In this document: positions 10,128-21,280 of the stretch, one piece after another | Layout: each line of letters opens with the position of its first letter | Numbering within the stretch: position 1 is the first letter of the stretch | From: Acidobacteriota bacterium | GTDB taxonomy: Bacteria > Acidobacteriota > Thermoanaerobaculia > Gp7-AA8 | Length of the DNA stretch: 64,000 bases | Reading direction: 5' to 3' | Assembly (NCBI GenBank): GCA_019244185.1 | Contig: JAFATB010000025.1 | Span: 288,001-352,000 of the forward strand | Position numbers and translations under genes: made by a program | Notes under the pieces: generated by a model | The model's database searches: none | Told to the model about the DNA's origin: nothing | What the model saw: the letters and a program-made list of their open reading frames with translations, nothing else

Positions 10128-11432
10128 ATGAATACGAAAACATTCGTCGTTAGTTTGCTCCTCGCGTTTCAGGCGCTCGCGGGAACGCCGACGACCGCGA
10201 AGATCGATGCCATCGTGAAGCCGCTCGTCGAGCGGAACGCCTTCAGCGGCGTCGTCCTCGCGGCCAAAGGCGACCGCGTGCTCGTGCAGAAGGCGTACGG
10301 CATGGCCAACTACGAATTCGGCGTGGCCAACGCGCCCGACACGCGCTTCGCCATCGCGTCGGTGACCAAGCGCTTCACCGCGGTCATCCTTCAGCATCTC
10401 TTCGACGAGAAGAAGCTCGCGCCGTCCGATCCGCTCGCGAAGTGGGTGCCGGACTTTCCGTCGGCGTCTGCGATCACGGTCGAGCAGCTGATGCGCCACC
10501 GCTCCGGCGTGCGCGATCCCGAGAAACTGCGCGGCATCATCCGCCAGAACTTCACGACCGCCGAGGTCGTCGACGCGCTGAAGAGCGAGCCGCTCGGCAG
10601 CAAGCCGGGCGAGGAGTATTCGTACACGACCGCGAACTACGCGATCCTCGCGCACATCATCGAGCGCGTCACCGGCAAGTCGTACGCGGCGGTCGCGCAG
10701 CAGTACATCTACGGCCCTGCTGGGATGAAAGACTCCGGCGAGCTGACGAGGACGACCGTCGTGCCGCGCCTCGCCACCGGCTACATGCCCGACGCGTTCG
10801 GAAACGGCATGTCCGTCTGCGGGCCGGAAGACACGTCGTGGAAGGCGGGCGGCGGCTCGTCGTACTCGACCGCCCCGGACCTGCATCGCTTCGCGCGCGC
10901 GCTCTATACGGGAAAGCTGCTGCCGATGAACGAGGTCGCGTCGTCGTGGCAGACATCGAAGATGTTCGACAAGCCGGTGATGAATCTCAGCGGCGCGTTC
11001 CCCGGCGCCGGCGCGAATGTTCTCTACTTTCCCGATGACGAGGTCACCGTCGTCGTGCTGACGAACAACTACGCGACGACGGCGGGCGGAGTCGCGCAGT
11101 CGATCGCCGCGATGCTGTTCGATCGGCCGTACACGATTCCGTCCGTCACGCTCGCCGCCGATCCCTACCGCCCGCCCGACCCGCGGCTCGAAGGCCACTA
11201 CCGCGTCGAGGGACATCCGTGGACGTTCACGCTGTCGATCCGCGACGGGCGCGGGCTCGTGACGTGGGCGCGCATCCGCCAGTCGGCGCTGCTGCGCGTC
11301 TCCGACGACACGTGGTTCGAGCCGCTCGACTGGGCCACGCTGCAGTTGAAGACCGACGCCGACGGCAACTTCAGTGAGGGGTGGTTCCGTTATCCCGGGC
11401 TCGAGCCGGCGAAGGTCGTGCGCGAGCCGTGA
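10128..11432 (+). CDS. Secreted serine hydrolase, beta-lactamase class C/AmpC-like family
   Basis: Signal peptide MNTKTFVV..., FAIASVTK (SxxK), YSYTTANY, LMRHRSG. Confidence 0.88.
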   Translation: MNTKTFVVSLLLAFQALAGTPTTAKIDAIVKPLVERNAFSGVVLAAKGDRVLVQKAYGMANYEFGVANAPDTRFAIASVTKRFTAVILQHLFDEKKLAPSDPLAKWVPDFPSASAITVEQLMRHRSGVRDPEKLRGIIRQNFTTAEVVDALKSEPLGSKPGEEYSYTTANYAILAHIIERVTGKSYAAVAQQYIYGPAGMKDSGELTRTTVVPRLATGYMPDAFGNGMSVCGPEDTSWKAGGGSSYSTAPDLHRFARALYTGKLLPMNEVASSWQTSKMFDKPVMNLSGAFPGAGANVLYFPDDEVTVVVLTNNYATTAGGVAQSIAAMLFDRPYTIPSVTLAADPYRPPDPRLEGHYRVEGHPWTFTLSIRDGRGLVTWARIRQSALLRVSDDTWFEPLDWATLQLKTDADGNFSEGWFRYPGLEPAKVVREP

Positions 11433-11441
11433 CGCTTCCCT

Positions 11442-11657
11442 CTACTGCGGCGCGCCGCCGCCGCGCGCGGCCTGGACTTCTTTCACGAGGCGCACGAGCG
11501 TCACCGTGACCTCGTGCAGCGCGTGGATCAACCCGACCTGGAACGCCGTCGGCGGCTCGCCGGCGGCGCACGCGCAGACGTTGCAGGGGCCGCCGCGCCC
11601 GCCGTCGTGGCCATCGATCGGATGTCCGCACGCACACGAATCTTTACCGAGTTGCAT
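11442..11657 (-). CDS. Small Cys/His-rich putative zinc-binding protein (71 aa)
   Basis: MQLGKDSCACGHPIDGHDGGRGGPCNVCAC..., RBS AGGGAGG 6 nt upstream. Fills the gap between two + strand genes. Confidence 0.65.
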   Translation of the reverse strand: MQLGKDSCACGHPIDGHDGGRGGPCNVCACAAGEPPTAFQVGLIHALHEVTVTLVRLVKEVQAARGGGAPQ

Positions 11658-11693
11658 CCGAGGCCTCCCTCCGCGGCCTCTAAGATACCTCGC

Positions 11694-14102
11694 ATGGACC
11701 GCCGCGGATTCGGCATCTTCCTCCTCGCGCTCGCCGCCTGCTCGACGACACCTTCTCATCCGCTCCACCTCGAGGACGAAGCCGATGCGGCCGCCGCCTA
11801 CGCCGCCGCGAAACGCAGCGGCACCGGCGATCTCGAACGCAGCTACGCCGTCGCGCGCGACGCCATGGCGCGCATGCCGCGCTACGCCACGGGCTCCGAG
11901 GAATCGACCGCGTCGCCCCGCGTCGCGACGAACGACTTCCGCCCTCTCAGCACCTGGACGTTCCTCGGCCCCGGCAACATCGGCGGGCGCACGCGCGCGT
12001 TCGTCATCGACCCGAGCGACACGTTGAGGCTGTACGCGGGCGGCGTCTCTGGCGGCATCTGGCGGACCAACAACGGCGGCGCGCAATGGACGCCGGTCGG
12101 CGACGCGCTGTCGAACATCGCCGTCAACGCTCTCGTCATGCATCCTGTGAATCACGACGTGCTCTACGCCGGCACCGGCGAGGGCTACTTCCGCGAGGAC
12201 GTGCGCGGGACCGGGCTGCCGCTGCGCGGCGACGGCATCTACGTGACGCGCGACCGCGGCACCACGTGGACGCAAATCCCATCGACCGCCAACGAGAACT
12301 TCTACTTCGTCAACAGCTTGACCATCAGCACGCACGATCCCTCGCGCATGTACGCGGCCACGCGCACCGGCGTCTGGCGCTCGAACGACGGCGGCGAGCA
12401 GTGGACGCGCGTCCTCGACCCGCACGTGAACGGCGGCTGCCTCCAGCTCGCGTTCCGCGGCGACACCGCCAACGACTTCCTCTTCGCCTCGTGCGGCACG
12501 CTCGCGCAGGCCACCGTCTATCGCGCGCGTGCCGCCGAGACCGAAGCGGCGTGGGAGCCGGTGCTGTCGAACACGAATCAGGGACTGACGTCGCTCGCCA
12601 TCGCGCCGTCGAATCCCTCCGTCGTCTACGCGCTCGCCGCGAGCAATCAGCCGGGCAACTTCAATCAGGGACTGCTCGCCGTCTATCGCTCCGAGCACGA
12701 AGGCGACGCCGGCTCGTGGGAGCCGCGCGCGACGAACAACGGCACGGACTTCGTGGCCACGATGCTGCTCACGAATCCGAGCGGGATGTGCGCACCCGAG
12801 CAGCAGTTCTATACGACCATGGGCTGGTACTGCAACGTGATCGCGGTCGATCCGGTCGACGCGAATCGCGTCTGGGCCGCGGGCGTCGATCTCTTCCGCT
12901 CCGACGACGGCGGCGTGACGTGGGGCCGCGCGTCATCGTGGGAAGCGGAAGGGAACCCATGGTTCGTGCACGCCGATCAGCACGCGATCGTTTTCGATCC
13001 GTACTACGACGGCGCGTCGAACCGCACGCTCTACACCACCAGCGACGGCGGCGTCTTCCGCACGCTCAACGCCGTGGCGCCCGTCGGCACCGGAAAGACG
13101 GCCGCCTGTAGTTCCGGAATGGAGCAGATGGAGTTCGAGTCGCTGAACCACAACTATGGCGTGACGCAGTTCTATCACGGCGCCGTGTTCCCCGACGGCA
13201 GGCACTTCGTCGGCGGCGCGCAGGACAACGGCACGCTCTTCGGGACCTTCGGCGAGGCAGATGACTGGCAGCGCTGGCTCGGCGGCGACGGCGGCTACGT
13301 GGCCATCGATCCGCAGGATCCGACGACGATGTACGCCGAGTCGCAGTGGGCCAACATCGAGAAGCTGACCCACAGCCTGCCGTTCTTCATCCCCGCCTCG
13401 GACGGTCTCTCCGACGATTTCCTCTTCGTGACGCCGTTCGTCCTCGATGCGAACGATTCGAAGCGCCTCTGGACCGGCGGGCGCCGCCTCTGGCGCACCG
13501 ACAACCGCGCGACGTTGTGGCGCGCCGCGTCCACCGCTCTTCCGGCGCAGGTCTCCGCGGTCGCCGTCGCGCCGGGCAACTCGAAGCGCGTGCTCGCCGG
13601 CACGACCGCCGGTCACATCGCGCGCAATGACACCGCAACCACCGCGAACGGTTTCACGACGTGGACGCTCGTGCAGCCGCGCGTGGGCTGGATCTCGTCG
13701 ATTACCTTCGATCCGTCCGATCAGAACGTCGTCTACGCGACGTTCGCCGGCTTCGGCGGTGGCGCGCACGTCTGGCGCTCGCTCGACGGCGGCGCGACGT
13801 GGAGCGCGCGCGACGGCAGCGGCGACGCCGCGCTGCCCGACATCCCCGTGCATTCGCTCGCCGTCGATCCCACTCACCGCGACCACCTCTACCTCGGCAC
13901 CGACCTCGGCGTCTTCGTCTCGCTCGACAGCGGCGACACCTGGGCCGTCGAGAACACCGGCTTCGCCGCGGTCGTCACCGAATGGGTCACCGTCGCTCCG
14001 GGCGCGCGCGGCCCCGCGGTCTACGCGTTCACGCACGGACGCGGCGCGTGGCGCGCGGAGCTCACGGCGACGGGTCCGCGGCATCGCGGCGTGCGGCACT
14101 GA
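11694..14102 (+). CDS. Lipoprotein with BNR/Asp-box (VPS10/GH74-like) beta-propeller repeats
   Basis: Lipobox LAAC, WTFLGPGNIGGRTRA, repeated SxDGGxTW, HADQHAI, GGAQDNGT, FTHGRGAW. Confidence 0.85.
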   Translation: MDRRGFGIFLLALAACSTTPSHPLHLEDEADAAAAYAAAKRSGTGDLERSYAVARDAMARMPRYATGSEESTASPRVATNDFRPLSTWTFLGPGNIGGRTRAFVIDPSDTLRLYAGGVSGGIWRTNNGGAQWTPVGDALSNIAVNALVMHPVNHDVLYAGTGEGYFREDVRGTGLPLRGDGIYVTRDRGTTWTQIPSTANENFYFVNSLTISTHDPSRMYAATRTGVWRSNDGGEQWTRVLDPHVNGGCLQLAFRGDTANDFLFASCGTLAQATVYRARAAETEAAWEPVLSNTNQGLTSLAIAPSNPSVVYALAASNQPGNFNQGLLAVYRSEHEGDAGSWEPRATNNGTDFVATMLLTNPSGMCAPEQQFYTTMGWYCNVIAVDPVDANRVWAAGVDLFRSDDGGVTWGRASSWEAEGNPWFVHADQHAIVFDPYYDGASNRTLYTTSDGGVFRTLNAVAPVGTGKTAACSSGMEQMEFESLNHNYGVTQFYHGAVFPDGRHFVGGAQDNGTLFGTFGEADDWQRWLGGDGGYVAIDPQDPTTMYAESQWANIEKLTHSLPFFIPASDGLSDDFLFVTPFVLDANDSKRLWTGGRRLWRTDNRATLWRAASTALPAQVSAVAVAPGNSKRVLAGTTAGHIARNDTATTANGFTTWTLVQPRVGWISSITFDPSDQNVVYATFAGFGGGAHVWRSLDGGATWSARDGSGDAALPDIPVHSLAVDPTHRDHLYLGTDLGVFVSLDSGDTWAVENTGFAAVVTEWVTVAPGARGPAVYAFTHGRGAWRAELTATGPRHRGVRH

Positions 14103-14111
14103 TCGTATGGA

Positions 14112-14876
14112 TTACCAGGCATCGGCGATGCGCCGCGCGATCAGCGCGTAGCCTTCGCCGTTCGGATGAAAGCGATCGGCGGACAGGCGGTCGCGATGCG
14201 CGAAGAGATCGGCGGTCGGCACGAGCGTGAAGTTCGGATCGCCGCCGAACCGCGTCGAGAGCCGCGCGTTCCAGCGGTTGACGAGCGGCGTGAGCGCGCC
14301 GCCCTGCGGCGTCAGCGCGAAGGGGTTGTAGAGACCGATGAAGAAAATCCGCGCGCGCGGGTTCGCGGCGCGGACGCGCGCCAGGATCGCCGCGATGCGG
14401 TCGAGCACCGCCGCCATCGTGCGCTCCGGATCGGGCGGCGGCGCGTTGCGCCAGTCGGTGCCGCCCCACAGATCGTTGCCGCCGATCGAGACGACGATCG
14501 CGTTCGAGTCGCGCATCAGCTGCTGCACGTTCGCGCGATTCACGACGGTCAGCAAGTCGGGCGTGCGCGCGCCGTTCACGCCGAGGTTCCAGCTGCGGCG
14601 CGCGCGGACGTGGCGGCGACGCAGCTCATCGTCGAGACGGCCACCGATGCCGAGTCCCGTTTCGTCGCCCGTGCCGTGCGCGAGCGAATCGCCGAGGATC
14701 AGCGGAGAGACGAGCGATGCGTTGGGCGCGGAGGTTTGTGCCGCGGCCGCCGCCATCGCGAGCTGCACCGGCTCGCCGGTATCGCCGCGCAGATAGCTCG
14801 CGAAACCGTAGCCGAACACCGCCACCGCGACGAGCGCGGCGACGAGAGGGAGGTACCAGAAGAGCGCGCGCCGCAT
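14112..14876 (-). CDS. SGNH/GDSL hydrolase with N-terminal membrane anchor
   Basis: ILGDSLAHGTG, NLGVNG, SIGGNDL, DRFHPNGEGY. Confidence 0.88.
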   Translation of the reverse strand: MRRALFWYLPLVAALVAVAVFGYGFASYLRGDTGEPVQLAMAAAAAQTSAPNASLVSPLILGDSLAHGTGDETGLGIGGRLDDELRRRHVRARRSWNLGVNGARTPDLLTVVNRANVQQLMRDSNAIVVSIGGNDLWGGTDWRNAPPPDPERTMAAVLDRIAAILARVRAANPRARIFFIGLYNPFALTPQGGALTPLVNRWNARLSTRFGGDPNFTLVPTADLFAHRDRLSADRFHPNGEGYALIARRIADAW

Positions 14877-14981
14877 CGCGGGCGACGGTACCACAGCGCT
14901 AAGGCGCCGCCCGCGTACGTCGGTGCGCGCCGACGCACGAAGAACTCCGCGTCGCGCGCGGCTTGCGATAACGTCCGCACG

Positions 14982-15899
14982 ATGGAATCGGGCGGGGACA
15001 CGGCGCTGGTCGCGGAGCACCTCACGAAAGTCATCGGCGACCGCACGATCGTCGACGACGTTTCGTTCGCGCTGCGCGGCGGCGAGGTGTTCGGCTTTCT
15101 CGGCCCGAACGGCGCGGGGAAGACCACCACGATCCGCATGCTGGTCGGCCTCATCGCGCCGACGCGCGGCAGCATCACCATCTGCGGCCACGACGTGCGG
15201 CGCGACTTCGAGCGCGCGCTGCGCTGCGTCGGCTGCATCGTCGAGAACCCCGATCTCTATCGCTTCATGACCGGACGCGAGAACCTCGAGCACTTCGCGC
15301 GCATGCTCGGCGTCGCATCCGGCGAGATCGAGCGCGTGGCGGCGCTCGTGAATCTCGCGCATCGGCTCGACCAGCGCGTCGGGACGTACTCGTTGGGCAT
15401 GCGCCAGCGGCTCGGCATCGCGCAGGCGCTCCTCGGCGATCCGCGCGTGCTGATCCTCGACGAGCCGGCGAACGGCCTCGATCCGGCCGGCATCCGCGAG
15501 ATCCGCGAGCTGCTGCGCGGCCTCGCCGCCGAGCGCGGCATGGCGGTCTTCGTGTCGAGCCATCTGCTGGCCGAGGTCGAGCTCACGTGCGATCGCGTGG
15601 CCATCATCCATAAGGGCCGGATTCTGAAGACGGGCAGCGTGCGCGAGCTGATCTCCAGCCAGCGCACGATGGAGTTTCGCGTCGACGACGTCGCCCGCGC
15701 GCACGAGCTCTTTCGCGCGCGCGGCGTCGAGGCGGAGTCGTACGACGACACGCTCGTCGCGGCCATCGACGAGACGCAGGCGCCGCCGCTCATCGCGGCG
15801 CTGGCCGAGCAAGGCGTCGGCGTGTTTCATGCGCGCGAGAAGGTGCACACGCTCGAGGAGCTGTTCCTCGAAGCCACGGGAGGAGAAACGGTCGGCTGA
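14982..15899 (+). CDS. ABC transporter ATP-binding protein
   Basis: GPNGAGKTT, YSLGMRQRLG, LILDEPANGLD. Confidence 0.92.
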   Translation: MESGGDTALVAEHLTKVIGDRTIVDDVSFALRGGEVFGFLGPNGAGKTTTIRMLVGLIAPTRGSITICGHDVRRDFERALRCVGCIVENPDLYRFMTGRENLEHFARMLGVASGEIERVAALVNLAHRLDQRVGTYSLGMRQRLGIAQALLGDPRVLILDEPANGLDPAGIREIRELLRGLAAERGMAVFVSSHLLAEVELTCDRVAIIHKGRILKTGSVRELISSQRTMEFRVDDVARAHELFRARGVEAESYDDTLVAAIDETQAPPLIAALAEQGVGVFHAREKVHTLEELFLEATGGETVG

Positions 15900-16873
15900 T
15901 GTTCATCGCCCTGGTCCGCAACGAAGTGCTCAAGCTCCTGCGACGCCGCCGCTTCGCGATCGTGGTGGGCATCCTCTTCGTCATCCTCGCGCTCGTGTCG
16001 TATTCGCAGTACCGGCAACTGCGCGAGTTGCGCACGCAGAACTGGCGCGCGGAGCTGCAGGAGCGCATCGCCCGCTACGAGAACCGCATGCGCCGCGGCG
16101 GTCTGAACGACTCGTGGGCGCGGTCGATGCGCGCGGAAGTGCGGCGGCTGCAGTTCTATCTCGACCGCGGGATCAACCCCGAACAGCCGACCGCGCCGCT
16201 CGTCGTGCGCACGTTCGCGAACGCCGCGGGGTTCCTGCTGCTGCCGCTGCTCATCGCCGTCCTCGGCAGCGACATCGTGTCGGCCGAGAACGCGGAAGGC
16301 ACCGACAAGCTGCTGCTGACGCGCGCGCGGCGGCGCTGGAAGATCCTCACCGCGAAGCTCGTCACGCTCTGGCTCTTCGCTTCGCTCACGCTGCTCCTCG
16401 GCGCCGTGATCTCGTACGCCGTCACCGCGCCGGTGCTCCCCGCCGGCGGCTGGGACCTGCCGTCGTTCAACGGCTTCTCGATGTCGGACACCGCGTTCCG
16501 CGTCGACAGCGTGCGCCAGCTGCCGCTCTGGAAAGACGCGCTGCTCGCGTACGGTCTCGAGTGGTACGCGCTCCTCGCCGTCGCCGCGATCGCGCTCATG
16601 CTGTCCGTGCTCTTCAAATCATCCGCGGCGTCGATCGGAACGATGCTCGCCTCGCTCATCGGCGGCACGATCCTCACGCGCGTCAGTCCCGACTGGACGG
16701 CGGGCAAATACCTCTTCATCAGCGCGCTGCCGCTCGCCGACTACTACAGCGGCCAGGCGCCGCCGTACGACGGCATGTCCATGACCTTCTGCATCACGCT
16801 CCTCGGCGCGTGGGCGCTGGCCGCGCTGGGCGTCGCGTACGCGCTCTTCACGCGGCGCGACGTGTTCGGGTGA
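15899..16873 (+). CDS. ABC-2 type transporter permease
   Basis: Stop/start overlap with the ATPase gene, multiple TM helices, DIVSAENAEGTDKLLLT motif. Confidence 0.87.
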   Translation: MFIALVRNEVLKLLRRRRFAIVVGILFVILALVSYSQYRQLRELRTQNWRAELQERIARYENRMRRGGLNDSWARSMRAEVRRLQFYLDRGINPEQPTAPLVVRTFANAAGFLLLPLLIAVLGSDIVSAENAEGTDKLLLTRARRRWKILTAKLVTLWLFASLTLLLGAVISYAVTAPVLPAGGWDLPSFNGFSMSDTAFRVDSVRQLPLWKDALLAYGLEWYALLAVAAIALMLSVLFKSSAASIGTMLASLIGGTILTRVSPDWTAGKYLFISALPLADYYSGQAPPYDGMSMTFCITLLGAWALAALGVAYALFTRRDVFG

Positions 16874-16904
16874 GTTGTGACGCGAGCCCGCTAGAATCGC
16901 CGTC

Positions 16905-17381
16905 ATGAAACTGCGCTCCGCGCTCGCGCTGCTGCTCCTCTGCACTCCCCTCTTCGCCGCCGCGCCCGCGCGCGTGGTCGTGCGCGGACCGTCCGGCGCG
17001 AAGACGTTCACGGCGGCGGAGCTCGCGGCGCTGCCGCAGACGACCGTGACGATCGACGAGCATGGGAAGCGCGGGACGTTTCGGGGAACGGAGCTCGCAC
17101 ATCTGCTGACGGCGGCCGGCGCGCCGTCGGGCGAGAAGCTGCGCGGCAAGGCCATCGCGAGCTACGTGCTCGTCGAAGCGGCCGACGGCTACCGCGCCGT
17201 CTTCGCCGCGACCGAGCTCGATCGCGGCTTCTCCGATCGCCCCGTGATTCTCGCGACGACGCGCGACGGCAAGCCGCTCGATGAGAAAGAAGGTCCGCTG
17301 CGCGTCGTCGTCTCGGGCGAGAAGCGTCCCGCGCGCTGCGTGCGACAGGTGACGCGCATCAGCCTCGTGACGGCGCCCTAA
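16905..17381 (+). CDS. Secreted molybdopterin-oxidoreductase-like domain protein
   Basis: Signal peptide, VEAADGYRAVF, RDGKPLDEKEGPLRVVV...ARCVRQV. Confidence 0.75.
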   Translation: MKLRSALALLLLCTPLFAAAPARVVVRGPSGAKTFTAAELAALPQTTVTIDEHGKRGTFRGTELAHLLTAAGAPSGEKLRGKAIASYVLVEAADGYRAVFAATELDRGFSDRPVILATTRDGKPLDEKEGPLRVVVSGEKRPARCVRQVTRISLVTAP

Positions 17382-18691
17382 GCCGCCGGCAGCCAGATCG
17401 TGACGGTCGTCCCCGCGTCGGGACGCGACTGCAGGCGCATGCGTCCGTCGTGCGCCTCGACGATCTCATTGCAGAGCGGCAGTCCGAGACCCGAGCCGCT
17501 CGTCTTGGTCGAATAGAACGGCACCAGCGCCTGCCGCAGCACCTCGTCCGTCATTCCGCGTCCCGCATCCGTCACGCGCAGGATCGCGCCGCCGTCGGTG
17601 CCGCGATGGATCGACACGACGATCGCATCGGGCGCGCTGCCCGACTCGTGCGCGTTCTTCACGAGATTGATGAGCACCTGCTGCAGTTGCGCGCGATCGG
17701 CGTTGAGCTCCGTGCGCGCATCGCCTTCGGTCGCGAACGCGTACAACGCGCGCACGTCGTCGAGCACCTCGCCGATCCGCAGGCGCTCTTTGCGCGGCGT
17801 CGGAATGCGCGCGAATTGCGCGTAGCCTTCGAGGAACGCGCGGAGAAACTGCAGCCGTTCCTCGATCGACTCGTAGATCTCGGCGAGCTTGTGCCGCCGC
17901 TCCGGCTGTTCCTGCGCGATGCGCGCGGAGTGAAACAGAGAGCTGATCGGCGCGATGGTGTTGTTCAGCTCGTGGTTGATCACGCGGATCGCTTTTTTCC
18001 ACACCGCCACTTCCTGCCGCCGCAGCTCGCTCGTCAGCCGCTCGGCGAGGATGAGGCGATGCTCGAGCGTGTTCAGGCGGAACGTGCGCTGCGTGAGGTG
18101 GAACGTCTCGTCCTGACCGGTGCCGTGCAGCGTCACGATCGCGTCCGCCTGCGCGGCCAGCGCGTCGCGCACCGGCGCCTCGAGGCGTGCCGCGATCCCG
18201 GCGAAGCGCGAGCCGTCGAGCCGCGCGCCGCCGGTGAAGAGCTCGCGCGCGGCGGCGTTCGAGTAGACGACGCGATCCGCGCCGTTGAGCAGCACGACCG
18301 CCATCGGCGTGCGCTGCAGGATCGTGTCGAGCAGCAGTTCCTTCTGATAGAGATCCGCGCGTTGCGCGCGCAGCACGTCCGCGACCTCGTTGTAGAGCTG
18401 CTTGATGCCGCCGGTCTCGCGGTCGGCGTGCACGGCCAGGCGCATGCTGAAGTCGCCGTCGCGGAACGCGCGCAGTCCGTCGTCGAGTCCCGTGAGCGCG
18501 ACGTCGACGTGCAGCGCGATGCGATGCGCGCTGCGCAGCATCACCGGAAAGAGAATGAGGAGCGTCGTCGCGCAGGCCGCCGCCTCGTGGATGCCGACGG
18601 CGCGCGCGACGCGCATCAACACGAACGCGAGCACGACCGCGGCGGCGACGTTGCCGAGGACTACCGCGAGGATGCGGGACGAGAGACGCAC
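17378..18691 (-). CDS. NtrY-like PAS sensor histidine kinase
   Basis: WKKAIRVINHELNN H-box, QVLINLVKNA, DAGRG, GSGLGL. Confidence 0.9.
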   Translation of the reverse strand: MRLSSRILAVVLGNVAAAVVLAFVLMRVARAVGIHEAAACATTLLILFPVMLRSAHRIALHVDVALTGLDDGLRAFRDGDFSMRLAVHADRETGGIKQLYNEVADVLRAQRADLYQKELLLDTILQRTPMAVVLLNGADRVVYSNAAARELFTGGARLDGSRFAGIAARLEAPVRDALAAQADAIVTLHGTGQDETFHLTQRTFRLNTLEHRLILAERLTSELRRQEVAVWKKAIRVINHELNNTIAPISSLFHSARIAQEQPERRHKLAEIYESIEERLQFLRAFLEGYAQFARIPTPRKERLRIGEVLDDVRALYAFATEGDARTELNADRAQLQQVLINLVKNAHESGSAPDAIVVSIHRGTDGGAILRVTDAGRGMTDEVLRQALVPFYSTKTSGSGLGLPLCNEIVEAHDGRMRLQSRPDAGTTVTIWLPAA

Positions 18692-18700
18692 GCCGACACG

Positions 18701-20044
<1,344 letters not shown>

Positions 20045-20065
20045 GACGACGTTCGCTTACGGCGT

Positions 20066-21271
20066 TCAGACGCTCCGGGTTGCGATCGCGGGCGAGACCG
20101 TCGCCGCGCGCATCGCCGGCGGCACGGTGGCCACGAGGCCGTTCAGCCACAGCAGCACCATGCCCACCGCGACCAGATACCACGGCAGCTTCGCATCCGT
20201 GAACTGGCTGACGAGGAAAAAGTTCAGCGCGTACGTCGCCGCGACGCCGAGCACGAGACCGATCGTCGTCACGATCCAGTTCTCGGCGAGGAAGTGGCGC
20301 AGGATGTCGCCCTTCGTCGCGCCGAGGGCGCGGCGCGTGCCGATCTGCTTCGTGCGCTCGGAGACGGACAGCGAGGTGATGCCGACGATGCCCAGCGCCG
20401 TGACGAAGACCAGCAGGACGATCACGCCCGTCATCGCGTTAACGACGAGCTTTCCCCCGCTGAAAAAACCCTCCTTCACCTCCGCGATCGTGCGCGAGCG
20501 GAAGACGCGGCCGCTGTTGACGGCGAGCAGCCGCGCCTCGACCTGCGAGGCGACGGACTTCAGCGCGCCCGGCTCGGTGCGGATCAGATACGCGCCGCCG
20601 CTTTCGTCCCACGCGCGTCCGGGCGTGAAGAGCACGTAATCGCCGATGTCCCAGGCGTACGGGTTGTAGAAGTTGTCGATCACGCCGATGACCGTGCGCG
20701 GGCGCGAGCCGTCGTCACCGGTGCTGATGACGTGGCCGATCGGATTCGCGTCGCCCCACAGCTTGCGCGCGAGTCCGCGGCTGATGATCGTCACCTTCGT
20801 CGACTCGTTCGGATCGGCGGGCGTGTCATTCGCGGTGAAGTTGCGGCCCTCGATGACCTTCACGCCGAGCGTGTCGAAGACATTTCGGGTGGCGGCGTAG
20901 AACTGCGCCTGGAACTTCTCCGGCGTGCCGTCCGCTCGGTACGTGCCGGAGCTGCCGCCGCCCTGCCACGGCAGCAAATGCGTCGCGGCCGCGGCCTTGA
21001 CGCCGGGGATCTTTTCCAGCGCGCGGATGTCGGCGTACGTGACGCTGTCGGAGTAACCCGGCTGCTTGAACTCCGGCGCGAACGGCGCGTACGAGACGGC
21101 GAGCAGGTTGTCGTCGTCGAAGCCTGATTTCTTGATCATCTTCTCGCGCTGGTCGAGGATCATGTTCACCGCGTTGGTGACGATGGCCAGCGTGATCGCG
21201 ATCTCGAGGATGATGAGCGCGAAGCGCGTGCGGTTGTGCCGCATCGCTCGAAGGATGGGTCCGATCGGCAT
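20066..21271 (-). CDS. MacB/FtsX-like ABC permease
   Basis: ERTKQIGTRRALGA, periplasmic domain plus C-terminal TM helices. Confidence 0.88.
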   Translation of the reverse strand: MPIGPILRAMRHNRTRFALIILEIAITLAIVTNAVNMILDQREKMIKKSGFDDDNLLAVSYAPFAPEFKQPGYSDSVTYADIRALEKIPGVKAAAATHLLPWQGGGSSGTYRADGTPEKFQAQFYAATRNVFDTLGVKVIEGRNFTANDTPADPNESTKVTIISRGLARKLWGDANPIGHVISTGDDGSRPRTVIGVIDNFYNPYAWDIGDYVLFTPGRAWDESGGAYLIRTEPGALKSVASQVEARLLAVNSGRVFRSRTIAEVKEGFFSGGKLVVNAMTGVIVLLVFVTALGIVGITSLSVSERTKQIGTRRALGATKGDILRHFLAENWIVTTIGLVLGVAATYALNFFLVSQFTDAKLPWYLVAVGMVLLWLNGLVATVPPAMRAATVSPAIATRSV

Positions 21272-21280
21272 GATGTCCTC

